From Lobosporangium transversale (lineage: Eukaryota), in contig NW_019028982.1 of NCBI RefSeq assembly GCF_002105155.1, positions 1 to 64,000 on the forward strand: 64,000 nt of DNA. The letters are read 5' to 3'. The notes beneath the pieces are model-generated. The model was not told the origin of the DNA. It worked only from the letters and a program-made list of their open reading frames with translations, and ran no database searches. A program made the translations under genes and the position numbers. How positions within the stretch are numbered: the stretch's first letter is position 1; each line of letters begins with the position of its first letter. This document shows, piece after piece, positions 63,826 through 64,000 of this stretch.

Positions 63826-63866
63826 GGAAGAGGAAAGGAAGAGGAAAGGAAGAGGAAAGGAAGAGG
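63826..63866. repeat. 11-bp tandem repeat (GGAAGAGGAAA) x3.7 within a polypurine tract
   Basis: Read directly; lies in a strongly purine-skewed region ~63700-63970. Confidence 0.8.
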
Positions 63867-64000
63867 GGAGAGATGATGTGATGATGAATGGATTAAAGCA
63901 AACGAAGATAGAGAAGGTAAGGAAGCCAGAAAGCAGAAAGAAAAAGAAAGAAAAAAACATGGAAAGAGACAAGTCCCCAGCCTGGAAGCACGCGCTTGGC

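Noticed and set aside
61875..63972. Hydrophobic F/L/S-rich ORFs on the minus strand (similar ones at 24.9-25.9 kb)
   Set aside because: Translations of pyrimidine-rich UTR/promoter DNA and poly(T) runs.
1..64000. CRISPR array, rRNA or U12-type introns
   Set aside because: No regularly spaced repeats or rRNA-like sequence seen; all modelled introns are ordinary GT-AG without the GTATCCTT donor.

Overview
Eukaryotic, intron-rich fungal DNA. Gene content, the lineage-type F-box family and abundant poly(A)/(T) tracts suggest Mucoromycota, probably Mortierellaceae; this is inference only. Confident genes: leukotriene-A4-hydrolase-type M1 aminopeptidase, single-chain ATP-citrate lyase, symplekin/Pta1, a FYVE-less Fab1-like PIP kinase, PAPS reductase (MET16), GPN3 GTPase and tRNA-Glu(CTC). 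Also present: an Arb1-like protein, three F-box-like proteins, two related Myb/SANT proteins and several hypothetical genes. The most notable element is a decayed Fanzor (eukaryotic TnpB-like RNA-guided nuclease) on the minus strand at ~35.8-37.8 kb. It retains two spliceosomal introns, ends ~230 bp from the symplekin start codon, and abuts a SWIM-type (MULE transposase-like) fragment head-to-head. Other unexplained structure: a 41-bp-TIR MITE-like element (24.2-24.4 kb), a diverged inverted repeat at the window start, a candidate multi-stem structured RNA (50.8-51.1 kb), and two poly(A)-tailed direct repeats upstream of the tRNA. Exon boundaries were read by eye; no database searches were run.
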